Assembly: GCA_041690395.1 (NCBI GenBank) | Contig: JAWLHJ010000005.1 | Location: 192,001-256,000 of the forward strand | Length of the DNA: 64,000 nt | Source: Longimicrobiales bacterium | GTDB lineage: Bacteria; Gemmatimonadota; Gemmatimonadetes; Longimicrobiales; Gaopeijiaceae | Direction: 5' to 3' | Made by a program: the position numbers and the translations under genes | The notes under the pieces: generated by a model | What the model saw: the letters and a program-made list of their open reading frames with translations, nothing else | Told to the model about the DNA's origin: nothing | Database searches by the model: none | Shown: positions 52,005-61,869 of the stretch, one piece after another | How positions within the stretch are numbered: position 1 is the stretch's first letter | Layout: every line of letters begins with the position of its first letter

Positions 52005-52225
52005 TGAATACGACGAAGACTACGGTGAGCGTGCAGCTCAACGGCAAACCCGCGGAGGTCGAGGACGGCCTGTCCGTCAACGGGCTCCTGGAATCGCTCG
52101 ACCTCCGACCCGGCATGGTGGTGGTCGAGCTGAACCGTGAGATCCTGCCGTGCGACCGATACGAAGAGTTCACGATAGGCGAAGGCGACACGATCGAGCT
52201 CGTGCACTTCGTCGGTGGAGGGTGA
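52004..52225 (+). CDS. thiS: Sulfur carrier protein ThiS
   Basis: 73 aa, VVELNREI, C-terminal IELVHFVGGG. Confidence 0.93.
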   Translation: MNTTKTTVSVQLNGKPAEVEDGLSVNGLLESLDLRPGMVVVELNREILPCDRYEEFTIGEGDTIELVHFVGGG

Positions 52226-52226
52226 G

Positions 52227-53015
52227 ATGACGGAAGACGCGCTCGACACGCCCCTCGTGGTGGGCGGGCACACGCTCGCTTCCCGCCTGATCGTCGGGAC
52301 CGGCAAGTACACGACCAACCAGGTGATGATCGACGCGATCCGCGCGTCGGGGGCCGACATGGTGACCGTCGCCGTCCGGCGGGTCGACCTCGACCGGACG
52401 CAGGAGGAGGGCATCCTCCACCACCTCGACCCGAAAGAATTCTTCCTGCTCGCGAACACCGCCGGCTGCTACACCGCCGAGGACGCCGTGCGCTACGCCC
52501 GACTCGCGCGCGCGGCCGGCTTCAACGAGTTCGTGAAGCTCGAGGTCATCGGCGACGAGGCGACGCTCCTGCCGGACGTGCAGGCGACCCTCGAAGCCGC
52601 GAAGACGCTCTCGGACGAAGGCTTCAAGGTCATGGCGTACACGAACGACGACCTCATCACCGCGCTCCGCCTCGAGGACGCCGGATGCGTCGCGGTCATG
52701 CCGCTCGCCAGCCCCATCGGGAGCGGGCTCGGCGTGGTGAATCCCTACTTCATTCGCGAGATCAAGCGGCGCCTCGAGGTGCCGGTGATCGTCGACGCGG
52801 GCGTGGGGACCGCCTCGGACGCATGCGTGACCATGGAGCAGGGCGTGGACGGCGTGCTCATGAACACCGCGCTGGCCGCCGCGGACGATCCGGTCCGGAT
52901 GGCCCACGCGATGCGCCATGCCATTCGTGCGGGACGCCTCGCGTACCTGGCCGGACGGATGCCGTCGCGTGAGATCGCCGTGCCGTCGTCGCCCACCCGG
53001 GGGATGCTCGACTGA
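52227..53015 (+). CDS. thiG: Thiazole synthase
   Basis: SRLIVGTGKY, NTAGC, VKLEV, MPLASPIGSG, DAGVG. Confidence 0.96.
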   Translation: MTEDALDTPLVVGGHTLASRLIVGTGKYTTNQVMIDAIRASGADMVTVAVRRVDLDRTQEEGILHHLDPKEFFLLANTAGCYTAEDAVRYARLARAAGFNEFVKLEVIGDEATLLPDVQATLEAAKTLSDEGFKVMAYTNDDLITALRLEDAGCVAVMPLASPIGSGLGVVNPYFIREIKRRLEVPVIVDAGVGTASDACVTMEQGVDGVLMNTALAAADDPVRMAHAMRHAIRAGRLAYLAGRMPSREIAVPSSPTRGMLD

Positions 53016-54319
53016 AGCGAGCGTCCGCCGCCAGGGAGGCGGCGTTTCGGATTCGGACCGAGGTCGAGCGGGGCCGCCGGCTGGATCTCGCGTTCGGTGC
53101 CAGGGCGGCCCGGCTCGAGGACCGGGACCGTGGCTTCGTACATGAGCTCACCTACGGAACTACCCGTCTGCGGGGACGGCTCGACCATCTCATAGGCCGC
53201 TTCGTGGACCGCGGGCTCGACTCCCTCGACCCGAAGGTGCTGGAGGTGTTGCGCCTCGGCGCGTACCAGGCGCTCTACATGGACGGGGTGCCGGCGTTCG
53301 CGGCGGTGTCCGAGTCGGTCGATCTGGCGCGCGACGTCGCGGGTGCCAAACCCACCGGCCTCGTCAACGCGGTGCTGCGCCGGGTCGTGGAGGCCGGAGA
53401 CGGACCGGGGCGCTTTCCGGATCCGGAGCGCGATCCACTCGGCTTCCTGGAGCATTGGGGATCGCATCCGCGGTGGCTCCTGGAGCGCTGGCTCGAGCGC
53501 TGGCCGTTCCAGGAAGTGCGGGCGCTGGTCGAGTCCGACAACCGGCGACCACCCACCTACCTGGTCGCGCTCGATCTCCCCGGGGAGGAAGTCCTGGACC
53601 TGCTCTCCGGGGCGGACGTGGCCGCCACGCTGGTCGCCGAGGATCCGACGTGTGTCCGGCTTCCCGACGAAGCACACCCGCGTGACGCGCTCGCCGCCGT
53701 GCCGGGCTCGATCATCCAGGATCCTGCCGCGGGGCTCGTCGGCAGGTACGCGGATATCCCGGAAGGCACGGACGTTGCAGATCTGTGTGCGGCGCCCGGA
53801 GGTAAGGCGCTGGCGGTGTCGGGCCGGGCCGGGCGGCTGGTCGCGGCGGACCTCTCCGAAGCGCGTCTCCGGCTGGTTCGGGAGAACGCGGCGCGCACCG
53901 GGCGAAGCGTGCATTGCGTGGTGGCTGACGCCCTGAGGCCGGCCATTCGGCGCGTGGACGTGGTTTTGCTGGACGTGCCGTGCTCCGGAACGGGAACGCT
54001 GGCACGGCATCCGGATGCGCGTTGGCGCCTCGATCCGGCCGCGATCGGGCGCTTCGCCGCGCTGCAGGAACGGCTCCTGGAGGCGGCTGCGGACCGGGTC
54101 ACGCCGGGGGGGGTGCTCGTCTACTCGACCTGCACGCTGGAGCCGGAGGAGAACGGGGACCGTATCGACCGGTTCCTGGGTACGCATGCCAACTTCCAGT
54201 TGGAGGCGACGGGGTCCGTCCCCGACAATACGATGGATGCCGTGGGGTGCCTGTCCGTGACGCCCCAGGGCTCGGGGCACGACGGCGCGTTCGCCGCGAG
54301 GATGAGGAGAATCGGATGA
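53012..54319 (+). CDS. rsmB: 16S rRNA m5C967 methyltransferase RsmB/Sun (probable CTG start)
   Basis: DLCAAPGGK, LLDVPCSGTG, YSTCT..EEN; NusB-like domain continues in frame upstream of GTG 53204. Confidence 0.9.
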   Translation: MKRASAAREAAFRIRTEVERGRRLDLAFGARAARLEDRDRGFVHELTYGTTRLRGRLDHLIGRFVDRGLDSLDPKVLEVLRLGAYQALYMDGVPAFAAVSESVDLARDVAGAKPTGLVNAVLRRVVEAGDGPGRFPDPERDPLGFLEHWGSHPRWLLERWLERWPFQEVRALVESDNRRPPTYLVALDLPGEEVLDLLSGADVAATLVAEDPTCVRLPDEAHPRDALAAVPGSIIQDPAAGLVGRYADIPEGTDVADLCAAPGGKALAVSGRAGRLVAADLSEARLRLVRENAARTGRSVHCVVADALRPAIRRVDVVLLDVPCSGTGTLARHPDARWRLDPAAIGRFAALQERLLEAAADRVTPGGVLVYSTCTLEPEENGDRIDRFLGTHANFQLEATGSVPDNTMDAVGCLSVTPQGSGHDGAFAARMRRIG

Positions 54320-55122
54320 AGCTGGGTGGCTCACTGGAGCGTAGACGCAGGCGAGGACGGCGGAGCCCGGACGACGGGGGGAGCCGTTTCTCGTTGTCGG
54401 AGCTCGGCGGCAAGGTCGCCCTGGGAGTCGTCGGACTCGCGTTCGTCGGTTGGTTCGTGGGCTATATGATCGCCACCCGCGTCGTTTTCCCTGCGCCGCC
54501 TCCGCCGGGAGACATGTTCGAGGTGCCCGACCTGAGCGGAGTGGACGTCGAGACCGCGCGCGAGCGCCTCTCGGGCGCGAGCCTCGAGCTCGGGGACGTC
54601 GATTCCATCGCGCACCCGACCGTGCCCGACGCACGGGTGGTGGGGCAGTCCCCGCTTCCCGGCCAGGCCGCCCTCCCCGGTAGCGCCGTGAGCGTGACGC
54701 TCAGCCTCGGCCCGCAGACGCGGTCGGTCCCCGACGTGCTGGGGCTGGCGGCGAACCAGGCCATGATCGTGCTCGAGGCCAGCGGCTTCGTCGTGCGCGC
54801 GGACTCGGTCGAGAGCGAGGATCCGCGGGGGCGGGTGGTCGCGATCACACCCGGACCGGACCGCGTCGTGGCGCTTCCGGCCGAGGTCCGGATCCGGATC
54901 AGCACCGGGCCACCCTCGCTCTTCATGCCGTTGGTGCTCGGTCTGGAGGAGGCGGAGGCCGTGTCCATGCTCGACTCCCTCGGGTTCGTCGTGATGGAGG
55001 TGGAGGAGGTGTTCCGCTTCGGGCGGGACCAGGGCATCGTGGTCGAGCAGGAGCCTGCCGCGGATACGGAGCTGCAGAGGGGGGCGGAGGTCCGCCTCTC
55101 GGTCGGTCGGCGCGGTGGCTGA
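54316..55122 (+). CDS. Membrane protein with three PASTA domains
   Basis: N-terminal TM; VPDLSG, VPDVLG, MPLVLG repeats with VVGQSP/VVEQEP. Confidence 0.88.
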   Translation: MKLGGSLERRRRRGRRSPDDGGSRFSLSELGGKVALGVVGLAFVGWFVGYMIATRVVFPAPPPPGDMFEVPDLSGVDVETARERLSGASLELGDVDSIAHPTVPDARVVGQSPLPGQAALPGSAVSVTLSLGPQTRSVPDVLGLAANQAMIVLEASGFVVRADSVESEDPRGRVVAITPGPDRVVALPAEVRIRISTGPPSLFMPLVLGLEEAEAVSMLDSLGFVVMEVEEVFRFGRDQGIVVEQEPAADTELQRGAEVRLSVGRRGG

Positions 55123-55227
55123 CCGCCCGCGGCCCAGGGGAACAATACCGCCCGTCGTTCGTAGCATTCCGGGCACTCGCCCGGTGCGTGTCCACCCGTT
55201 TCGCGTCCGCCTTTGGGACTGGTCTCC

Positions 55228-55785
55228 ATGAAGCGCAGTTTCATTCGCTCGCCTTACCTCTGGACGATCGTCGGTGCCGGCGTCGTCGTTCTGGTCGCGT
55301 GGCTCGGCCGGGAGAGCTATCAGCCCGTGATCACGGGGGCCGAGGCACCGAGCTTCACCGCCACGACCCTGGACGGCGAGGTGCGGACCCTCGAGGACTA
55401 CGACGACAAGGTCGTGCTCCTGAACGTGTGGGCGACCTGGTGCCTGCCGTGCCGCGAGGAAATGCCCTCGATGCAGCGGATGTACGAGGCGTTCCAGGGG
55501 GAGGACTTCGAGATCGTCGCGGTGAGCGTCGATGCCCGGATCGGAGAGCGGGACCCGAGCGGACGTCCCGGCGGCGACCTTGCCGCCTTCGCCAACGAGT
55601 ACGGCCTGACGTTCCCGATCCTCCACGACCCGGCCGGCGACATCCAGCGTATCTACCAGACGACCGGCGTCCCCGAGACGTTCCTGATCGGGAAGGACGG
55701 CATCATCTACAAGAAGGTGGCGGGCGGTACGCACTGGGACGCGGACGTGAACATGGGGCTCGTCCGCCGGCTCCTGGAAGGCTGA
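55228..55785 (+). CDS. TlpA/ResA-like thiol-disulfide oxidoreductase
   Basis: N-terminal TM, NVWATWCLPC..EMP, GVPETF. Confidence 0.92.
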   Translation: MKRSFIRSPYLWTIVGAGVVVLVAWLGRESYQPVITGAEAPSFTATTLDGEVRTLEDYDDKVVLLNVWATWCLPCREEMPSMQRMYEAFQGEDFEIVAVSVDARIGERDPSGRPGGDLAAFANEYGLTFPILHDPAGDIQRIYQTTGVPETFLIGKDGIIYKKVAGGTHWDADVNMGLVRRLLEG

Positions 55786-55797
55786 CGCCTCGTCCTC

Positions 55798-56778
55798 ATG
55801 CCCCCCTCCTCGCGACTCTTCCAGAACTGGCGGCTCAAGCTTTCGGCCCTGGGGCTGTCCGTCTTCCTCTGGGCGGTCGTCCAGGCCGAGCCGAGCAACC
55901 GAGAGACCTTCTCGTCGGTGCCGGTCCGCGTCGAGATCGCGGACACGAGCTGGGTCCTGGCCGGTCCCGCCGACCCTCCGGTTCTCGAGATCCGGCTCGG
56001 CGGCGTGGCCCGCGAGATCATCCGACTGGCCCGTGAGGGAACCACCGTTCGGGTGCCCATCGGGTCCGTCTCTTCCCGGGATACGGTCGTCACGGTCCGC
56101 CGCGAATGGGTGGAGGCGGCGGCCCGCGCCGGCGTGACGGTCGAGTCGGTCCTTCCCGGATCGATCGCGCTCTCGTTCGAGCCCGCCGTGACGCGGCTCG
56201 TCCCGGTGGCTCAGCGACTCCAGGGGCAGGTTCCCGACGGGCTCGCCCTCCTCGGCGCCGTCACCGCCAATCCGCAGTTCGTCCGCGTGAGGGGGCCGGA
56301 GAGCCGCGTCTCGGGGCTCGACTCGATCGGATTGCAGGGGTTCGATCTGGGGAGCGTGCGTGAGTCGGGAGTCTATACCGTGCCGGTCGACACCGCGGGG
56401 CTGATGGGGGGGACCGCGCAGCCGGGGACGGTCTCCCTCAGCATTCGCGTAGAGGACCTGGTCGAGCGCGTCCTCTTCGACGTGTCGGTAGCCGTCGACG
56501 CCGGGCAAGGACAGCCCGAGCTCGTCGCAGACCCGGCCTCGGTCCAGGTCCGGATCACGGGCCCGCGGTCCCTCGTGACCGGTTTCGACACCGGGGCGGT
56601 ACGGGCAGAGGTGGCTAACGAGCTCCTGCTCGGCATGGCCACCGGCGAGGTTCGTCGGGTCCCGATCCGGATCGAGGGCGTTCCCGCCGGACTGCGGGCC
56701 GAGCCACTCGTCGGGTCCGTTGCCGTGCGACGCGCGGCCGACGTGGGTCGAGCTCCTCCGGGCGACGGACGGTCATGA
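55798..56778 (+). CDS. YbbR/CdaR-like repeat protein
   Basis: QNWRLKLSAL..SVFLW N-terminal TM; repeated P..V.V.GP.S.V units. Confidence 0.75.
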   Translation: MPPSSRLFQNWRLKLSALGLSVFLWAVVQAEPSNRETFSSVPVRVEIADTSWVLAGPADPPVLEIRLGGVAREIIRLAREGTTVRVPIGSVSSRDTVVTVRREWVEAAARAGVTVESVLPGSIALSFEPAVTRLVPVAQRLQGQVPDGLALLGAVTANPQFVRVRGPESRVSGLDSIGLQGFDLGSVRESGVYTVPVDTAGLMGGTAQPGTVSLSIRVEDLVERVLFDVSVAVDAGQGQPELVADPASVQVRITGPRSLVTGFDTGAVRAEVANELLLGMATGEVRRVPIRIEGVPAGLRAEPLVGSVAVRRAADVGRAPPGDGRS

Positions 56779-57881
56779 CCGATCGCTCCCGCCCGATCGT
56801 GCTCGGCCTCGAGACGTCGTGCGACGAGACCTCTGCCGCGGTGTTGTCGGGTGACCATCGGATCCTGGGGCACGTGATCCTCTCCCAGGACGTGCACGAG
56901 GTGTACGGGGGAGTCGTGCCGGAGCTCGCGGCCCGGGCGCACCTCCAGAAGATCGATGCGGTCGTCGCCTCCGCCCTCCGGGCCGCCGGCATCCAGCTGT
57001 CGGACGTCGACGTCTTCGGCGTCACGGCCGGACCGGGGCTGATCGGCGCTCTCCTGGTGGGCGTGTGCTGGACCAAGGCCGCGGCCTACGGGTCGGGACG
57101 GCCCTGGGTGCCCGTCCATCACATGGAGGCGCACCTGTTCGCCCCCTCGCTCGAAGATCCGGACGCGGAGCCGCCGTTCGTCGCTCTCCTCGTTTCCGGC
57201 GGGCACACGATGCTCCTCCATGTCCCCGCCTGGGGGGAGTACCACCTGCTCGGTGAGACGCGGGACGATGCGGCCGGAGAGGCGTTCGACAAGGTCGCCA
57301 AGCTCCTGGGTCTCCCGTATCCGGGCGGCCCCCAGATCCAGAAGGTCGCCGAGCGCGGTGAGGCCGACCGCCATCGTCTTCCCCGGCCCATGCTCCGCCG
57401 GAACCAGCGCCCGGGCGACGCCGACTACTACGACTTCTCGTACAGCGGGCTCAAGACGGCGGTGGGAGACCTCGTCGCGCAACTCGACGACCGGGGTGCC
57501 CTGGCCGAGGAGCTTCCCCATGTGGCCGCGTCCTTCCAGGAGGCCGCGACCGACGTGCTCGTGCGCAAGACCATGCGCGCCGTGGAACGGACCGGATGTC
57601 GGCGCGTGCTGATGGGCGGGGGCGTGAGCGTGAACCGGCGGCTTCGCGAGTCCATGGCCGAGGCGCTCGGGCCCTCGGGCCGGCTGTTCCATGCGTCTCC
57701 GAGGCTGTCCCTCGACAACGGAGCCATGGTCGCCCGCGCCGCCCATTTCCGCTTCGACCGCGGGGAGGTGGCCACCATGCACGGCTCGGCGTCGGCTTCG
57801 CTACCTTTCCCCGGTCTGATGCGGGGTGGCGCCGCGGCCGCCGACGCGCCGCGGGCGACGACCGCCCCGAGCCCCTGCTAG
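56775..57881 (+). CDS. tsaD: tRNA threonylcarbamoyltransferase TsaD
   Basis: GLETSCDET, GGVVPELAARAH, HHMEAH, VSGGHT, DDAAGEAFDK, DNGAM. Confidence 0.96.
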   Translation: MTDRSRPIVLGLETSCDETSAAVLSGDHRILGHVILSQDVHEVYGGVVPELAARAHLQKIDAVVASALRAAGIQLSDVDVFGVTAGPGLIGALLVGVCWTKAAAYGSGRPWVPVHHMEAHLFAPSLEDPDAEPPFVALLVSGGHTMLLHVPAWGEYHLLGETRDDAAGEAFDKVAKLLGLPYPGGPQIQKVAERGEADRHRLPRPMLRRNQRPGDADYYDFSYSGLKTAVGDLVAQLDDRGALAEELPHVAASFQEAATDVLVRKTMRAVERTGCRRVLMGGGVSVNRRLRESMAEALGPSGRLFHASPRLSLDNGAMVARAAHFRFDRGEVATMHGSASASLPFPGLMRGGAAAADAPRATTAPSPC

Positions 57882-57896
57882 GAGTCGCCCGAAGCC

Positions 57897-58751
57897 ATGT
57901 ATCCCGTCATCTTCGAGCTTCCCGACTGGCTGCCGTTCATCGGTGGCGAAGCCGTCACGTCGTTCGGCGTGTTCATGCTGCTCGCGTTCCTGACCGGCGG
58001 CTACATCCTGCGCGCCGAGATGCGCCGACTCGGCGAGGACCCCGAGAAGGCCTGGGACCTCGTGTTCATGGCCGTCATCGGCGGGATCATCGGGGCCAAG
58101 GCCTACTACGTCCTGCTCAACTGGGACCGGACCATGGCCGACCCGGTCGGGATGATCCTGGCGCGTGGCGGGCTCGTGTGGTACGGCGGCTTCATTCTGG
58201 CGACGGTGCTCGTGATCTGGGAGATCCGGCGACAGAAGCTGCCCCTACCGAAGATCGCCGACGCGGTGGCGCCTGCGCTGGCTCTCGCCTACGCCGTCGG
58301 CCGTGTCGGGTGCTTCATGGTGGGCGACGATTGGGGCAGGCCCACAGACTCGTGGGTCGGCATTGCGTTTCCGCAGGGGGCGCCCCCCACCCGGGTCGAC
58401 ATCATCGAGCGTGACTTCGGTATCGCCGTCGACCCAGCGCTCATCGAGCGCTACGGGCAGATCGTTCCCGTGCATCCGACGCAGCTCTATGAAGTGGGAA
58501 TGAGCACGCTCATCTTCTTCGTGCTCTGGAAGCTCAGGCGGCAGCCCAGGGTCGCGGGCTGGCTCTTCATGCTCTGGCTCGTGCTGGCCGGGATCGAGCG
58601 CTTCATCGTGGAGTTCTTCCGCGCCAAGGACGATCGCTTCCTCGGACCGCTCACCGTGGCCCAGGTCATCTCCGTCGCCATCATGGTCGTCGGCGCGGTC
58701 GGGATGGCACGCCTCTCGGGGGGCGCGAGCCGCCAGTCGAAGCGGGCCTAG
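57897..58751 (+). CDS. lgt: Prolipoprotein diacylglyceryl transferase
   Basis: GGLVWYGG, GRVGC, HPTQLYE, RFIVEFFR. Confidence 0.92.
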   Translation: MYPVIFELPDWLPFIGGEAVTSFGVFMLLAFLTGGYILRAEMRRLGEDPEKAWDLVFMAVIGGIIGAKAYYVLLNWDRTMADPVGMILARGGLVWYGGFILATVLVIWEIRRQKLPLPKIADAVAPALALAYAVGRVGCFMVGDDWGRPTDSWVGIAFPQGAPPTRVDIIERDFGIAVDPALIERYGQIVPVHPTQLYEVGMSTLIFFVLWKLRRQPRVAGWLFMLWLVLAGIERFIVEFFRAKDDRFLGPLTVAQVISVAIMVVGAVGMARLSGGASRQSKRA

Positions 58752-58763
58752 CAGGTCGCGCGG

Positions 58764-59621
58764 ATGCTGACCGTCCTCCACACCTCCGATCTCCAGGTCG
58801 GAAAGCCCTACCGTCCCGAGGCCGCCGAGGCCCTGGTCCGGAAGGTGGAGCGGGTTCGGCCGGACCTCGTGGTGGTGGCGGGTGATCTGACGCAGCGGGC
58901 CAAGGCGGAGGAGTTCAGGGTCGCCCGGGCGCTGCTCGCGCGCCTCGGCCCCGCGCCGGTCGTGGTCACCCCCGGGAACCACGACGTTCCGCTGTACCGC
59001 TTCTGGGAGCGGTTGGCCACGCCGTATCGGAACTGGAAGCGGTTCGTATCCTCGGAGCTCGACACCGTGACGCGCCTCGCCGGGGCCACGGTGGTCGCCC
59101 TCAACTCCTCCGCGCCCCGCCGGGCGATCGTGGGAGGGCGCCTCGGAGACCATCAGGTCGCCCTGGCTCGTCGGGCCTTCGAGCAGTCGCCCGCGCCGGA
59201 TGTGCGAATCCTGGTCGTTCATCATCATTTCGTCGTGACGGACGACGGGTCGGGGGGGAGCCCGCTTCCCGGCGCACGCAGCCATCTCGACGCATTCAGT
59301 CACATGGGCATCGACCTGCTCCTGGGCGGGCACGTGCACCAGACGCGCGTCCTGGCCCCCGACGATCCCCGGACCGGAGCGCCGTTCCCGGTCGTCTCCT
59401 GCGGCACCACCACGTCGTGGCGCGGCCGTGGCGAAGAAATCGATGCCAACAGCCTGAACGTCATCGAGATCGGTGCCGACGAGATTCGCGTGGTGCCTCA
59501 CCGTCTCTCGCGCGAGCGTCATCGCTTCGAGCCGAGGGAGCCGATCGTCGTGTCGCGCCACCGCGCCGGGTCGGGCTTCCGGGGGGACGCACGGGCCGGG
59601 GGGTCGAGAGGTGAGGCGTAG
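58764..59621 (+). CDS. Calcineurin-like metallophosphoesterase
   Basis: HTSDLQ, AGDLT, PGNHD, HHH, GHVH. Confidence 0.88.
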   Translation: MLTVLHTSDLQVGKPYRPEAAEALVRKVERVRPDLVVVAGDLTQRAKAEEFRVARALLARLGPAPVVVTPGNHDVPLYRFWERLATPYRNWKRFVSSELDTVTRLAGATVVALNSSAPRRAIVGGRLGDHQVALARRAFEQSPAPDVRILVVHHHFVVTDDGSGGSPLPGARSHLDAFSHMGIDLLLGGHVHQTRVLAPDDPRTGAPFPVVSCGTTTSWRGRGEEIDANSLNVIEIGADEIRVVPHRLSRERHRFEPREPIVVSRHRAGSGFRGDARAGGSRGEA

Positions 59622-61869
59622 CGGAGCTCAGCCCGGCCCGGGCGGGTACCGAGCGCCCCTCGTCGCCGCGCTCTGCGCCATGCTCATGGCCGCGGGCTCG
59701 ACCACCCGCCCCGCCGCGGGGCAGCAGGTAGGCCCGCCCGAGGTCGTCCAGGTCCGCTTCCTGGGCAACGAGGCGTTCCCCCAGGACTCCCTGCAGCGCG
59801 CCATCGCCACGAGGCCGACCGAGTGTAAGTCGGACTTCCTGGCGCCGTTCTGCTGGCTCGATCTGGACTTCGCCGTCGAGCGGCGGGATCTCCGGCCTCG
59901 TGAGGTCCCCCGGGACCGGGTCCGGCTCGAGATCTGGTACCGACAGCGGGGATTCAGGGAGGCGGCCGTCGATACGTCGACGACCGTTCGCGAGGACGGC
60001 GGGGCGGTCCTGGCGTTCAGCATCGACGAGGGGCGCCCGGTGATCGTGCGCAGCATCGACTTCGCGGGCGTCGGCTCGGACCCCGAGAACGATCTCGGAC
60101 CCGATGTCGTGGAGGATCTGCCCCTGGGAGAGGGCGACCCGCTCAACATGCTGAGGCTCGACGCCACCCGCGACCTGATCCTCCTCCGGCTCAGGAATCG
60201 CGGATACGCGCACGCCGAGGTGTACCGACAGTCGCTCATACCCGCGGCGCGCCCCTACGACGCCGAGGTGACCTTCGAGGTGGACCCGGGGACCCGCGCG
60301 ACGTACGGCACGATTTCGGTGTCGGGCACCCGCACCTTGGACGAAGCGAGCGTCGTCCGCACGCTCCAGTTCAGAGAGGGCGACTACTACCGCGTGGACC
60401 AGCTCCTCGACGCCCAGGCCCGGCTGTTCGGCATGGAGATCGTCCGGAGCGCCCAGGTGACCGCCGACCTGGAGTCCGAACCGGACTCCATCGTCCCCCT
60501 CCAGGTGAACGTCCAGGAGGCGAATGCGTACAGGGTGCGGGCCGGGGCCGGGTGGACCAGCGCCGAGTGCATGAACGTCGAGTCGAGTTGGACGAGCCGG
60601 AACTTCTTCGGCGGCGGTCGGGTGCTGCGGGTCCGCGGACGCGTGTCCAACGTACTCACGCGCCAGTTCGGCGACGTGCTGTGCGGCGTGTCGGAGCGCA
60701 CCGAGGAGTACGAGGATCTGACCTGGCTGGCCACGGTCGACTTCGCGCAGCCGTGGATCTTCTCGACCCGCAACTCGTTCGGCGCCTCGGTCTTCACCGA
60801 GCGGCAGAGCCTCCCGGACATCTTCATACGGCAGGCGATCGGCCTGCAGTTGGCCCTGACGCGCTCCCTCGGTGCCGCCACGCCGCTCACGCTGTCGTAC
60901 CGGCCGGAGCGGTCCCAGCTGGAGGCCGCCGAGGTCCTGTTCTGCACGGGGTTCCTGGTCTGCACCCCCGAAGACGTCTCGATCCTGTCGGGGGCGAACA
61001 TCCTCGCGCCCGTCGGACTCTCGTTCACCCGCGACCGGTCGAACGACCTGCTGAACGCGACCCGCGGATACCGCCTGACCATCGACCTCGAGCACGCCGC
61101 GGGGTGGACGGCCTCCGAGTTCCGGTACGACCGCGTCTCGGTCGAGGGGACGACCTACGGGTCCGTGGGTAACGCGGTCGTCGCCGCCCGCTTGCGGGGG
61201 GGATGGGTCGGCTCCGGGGGCTTCGATCGACTGCTCCGGGATGAGGGTGGCGCCGAGATCGTGCATCCGCAGAAGCGCTTCTACGCCGGCGGGGCGAGCT
61301 CGGTGCGCGGCTTCGGACAGGGGCGCCTCGGCCCTCGCGTGCTCACGGTGGCGAGCCCGGACGTGCTGCTCGACGCCGGGTGCACCCCGGCCGAGCTCAT
61401 GGACCTCTCGTGCGACGCGAGCGACGTGGCCGAAAGTGATTTCTTCCCTCGCCCGACCGGAGGGACCCGGGTGTTGGAGGGGAATCTGGAGCTCCGCTTC
61501 CGTCTCGGTCGTAGCTTCGAAGGCGTCACCTTCGGGGATTTCGGACAGGTGTGGCCGGCGAGCGGCAAGGTCTCGCTCTCGGAGCTGGAGTTCAGTCCCG
61601 GCGTCGGGCTACGGTACCTCAGCCCGCTGGGCCCCATCCGTTTCGACCTCGGCTACCGGTTCCGGGGCGCCGACGCGCTGTCCGTCATCACCTCCAGCGT
61701 CCGCGAGGCCGACCCGGGCGAGTGCGAGGTGGAAAGCTCGAGATGCTTCGGGTTCGACGGTGTGTTCTACGTGTCCACGGGTGAGCTCGGCATCCTTTCG
61801 TCGCCGGTGCGGTATGCAGCATCGGGGCGGGGATTTCAGCTGCACTTCTCGATCGGACAGGCGTTCTGA
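59611..61869 (+). CDS. Omp85 family protein (TamA/BamA-like)
   Basis: POTRA-like repeats, RFYAGGASSVRGF, GPIRFDLGY, C-terminal HFSIGQAF; start uncertain. Confidence 0.9.
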   Translation: MRRSGAQPGPGGYRAPLVAALCAMLMAAGSTTRPAAGQQVGPPEVVQVRFLGNEAFPQDSLQRAIATRPTECKSDFLAPFCWLDLDFAVERRDLRPREVPRDRVRLEIWYRQRGFREAAVDTSTTVREDGGAVLAFSIDEGRPVIVRSIDFAGVGSDPENDLGPDVVEDLPLGEGDPLNMLRLDATRDLILLRLRNRGYAHAEVYRQSLIPAARPYDAEVTFEVDPGTRATYGTISVSGTRTLDEASVVRTLQFREGDYYRVDQLLDAQARLFGMEIVRSAQVTADLESEPDSIVPLQVNVQEANAYRVRAGAGWTSAECMNVESSWTSRNFFGGGRVLRVRGRVSNVLTRQFGDVLCGVSERTEEYEDLTWLATVDFAQPWIFSTRNSFGASVFTERQSLPDIFIRQAIGLQLALTRSLGAATPLTLSYRPERSQLEAAEVLFCTGFLVCTPEDVSILSGANILAPVGLSFTRDRSNDLLNATRGYRLTIDLEHAAGWTASEFRYDRVSVEGTTYGSVGNAVVAARLRGGWVGSGGFDRLLRDEGGAEIVHPQKRFYAGGASSVRGFGQGRLGPRVLTVASPDVLLDAGCTPAELMDLSCDASDVAESDFFPRPTGGTRVLEGNLELRFRLGRSFEGVTFGDFGQVWPASGKVSLSELEFSPGVGLRYLSPLGPIRFDLGYRFRGADALSVITSSVREADPGECEVESSRCFGFDGVFYVSTGELGILSSPVRYAASGRGFQLHFSIGQAF

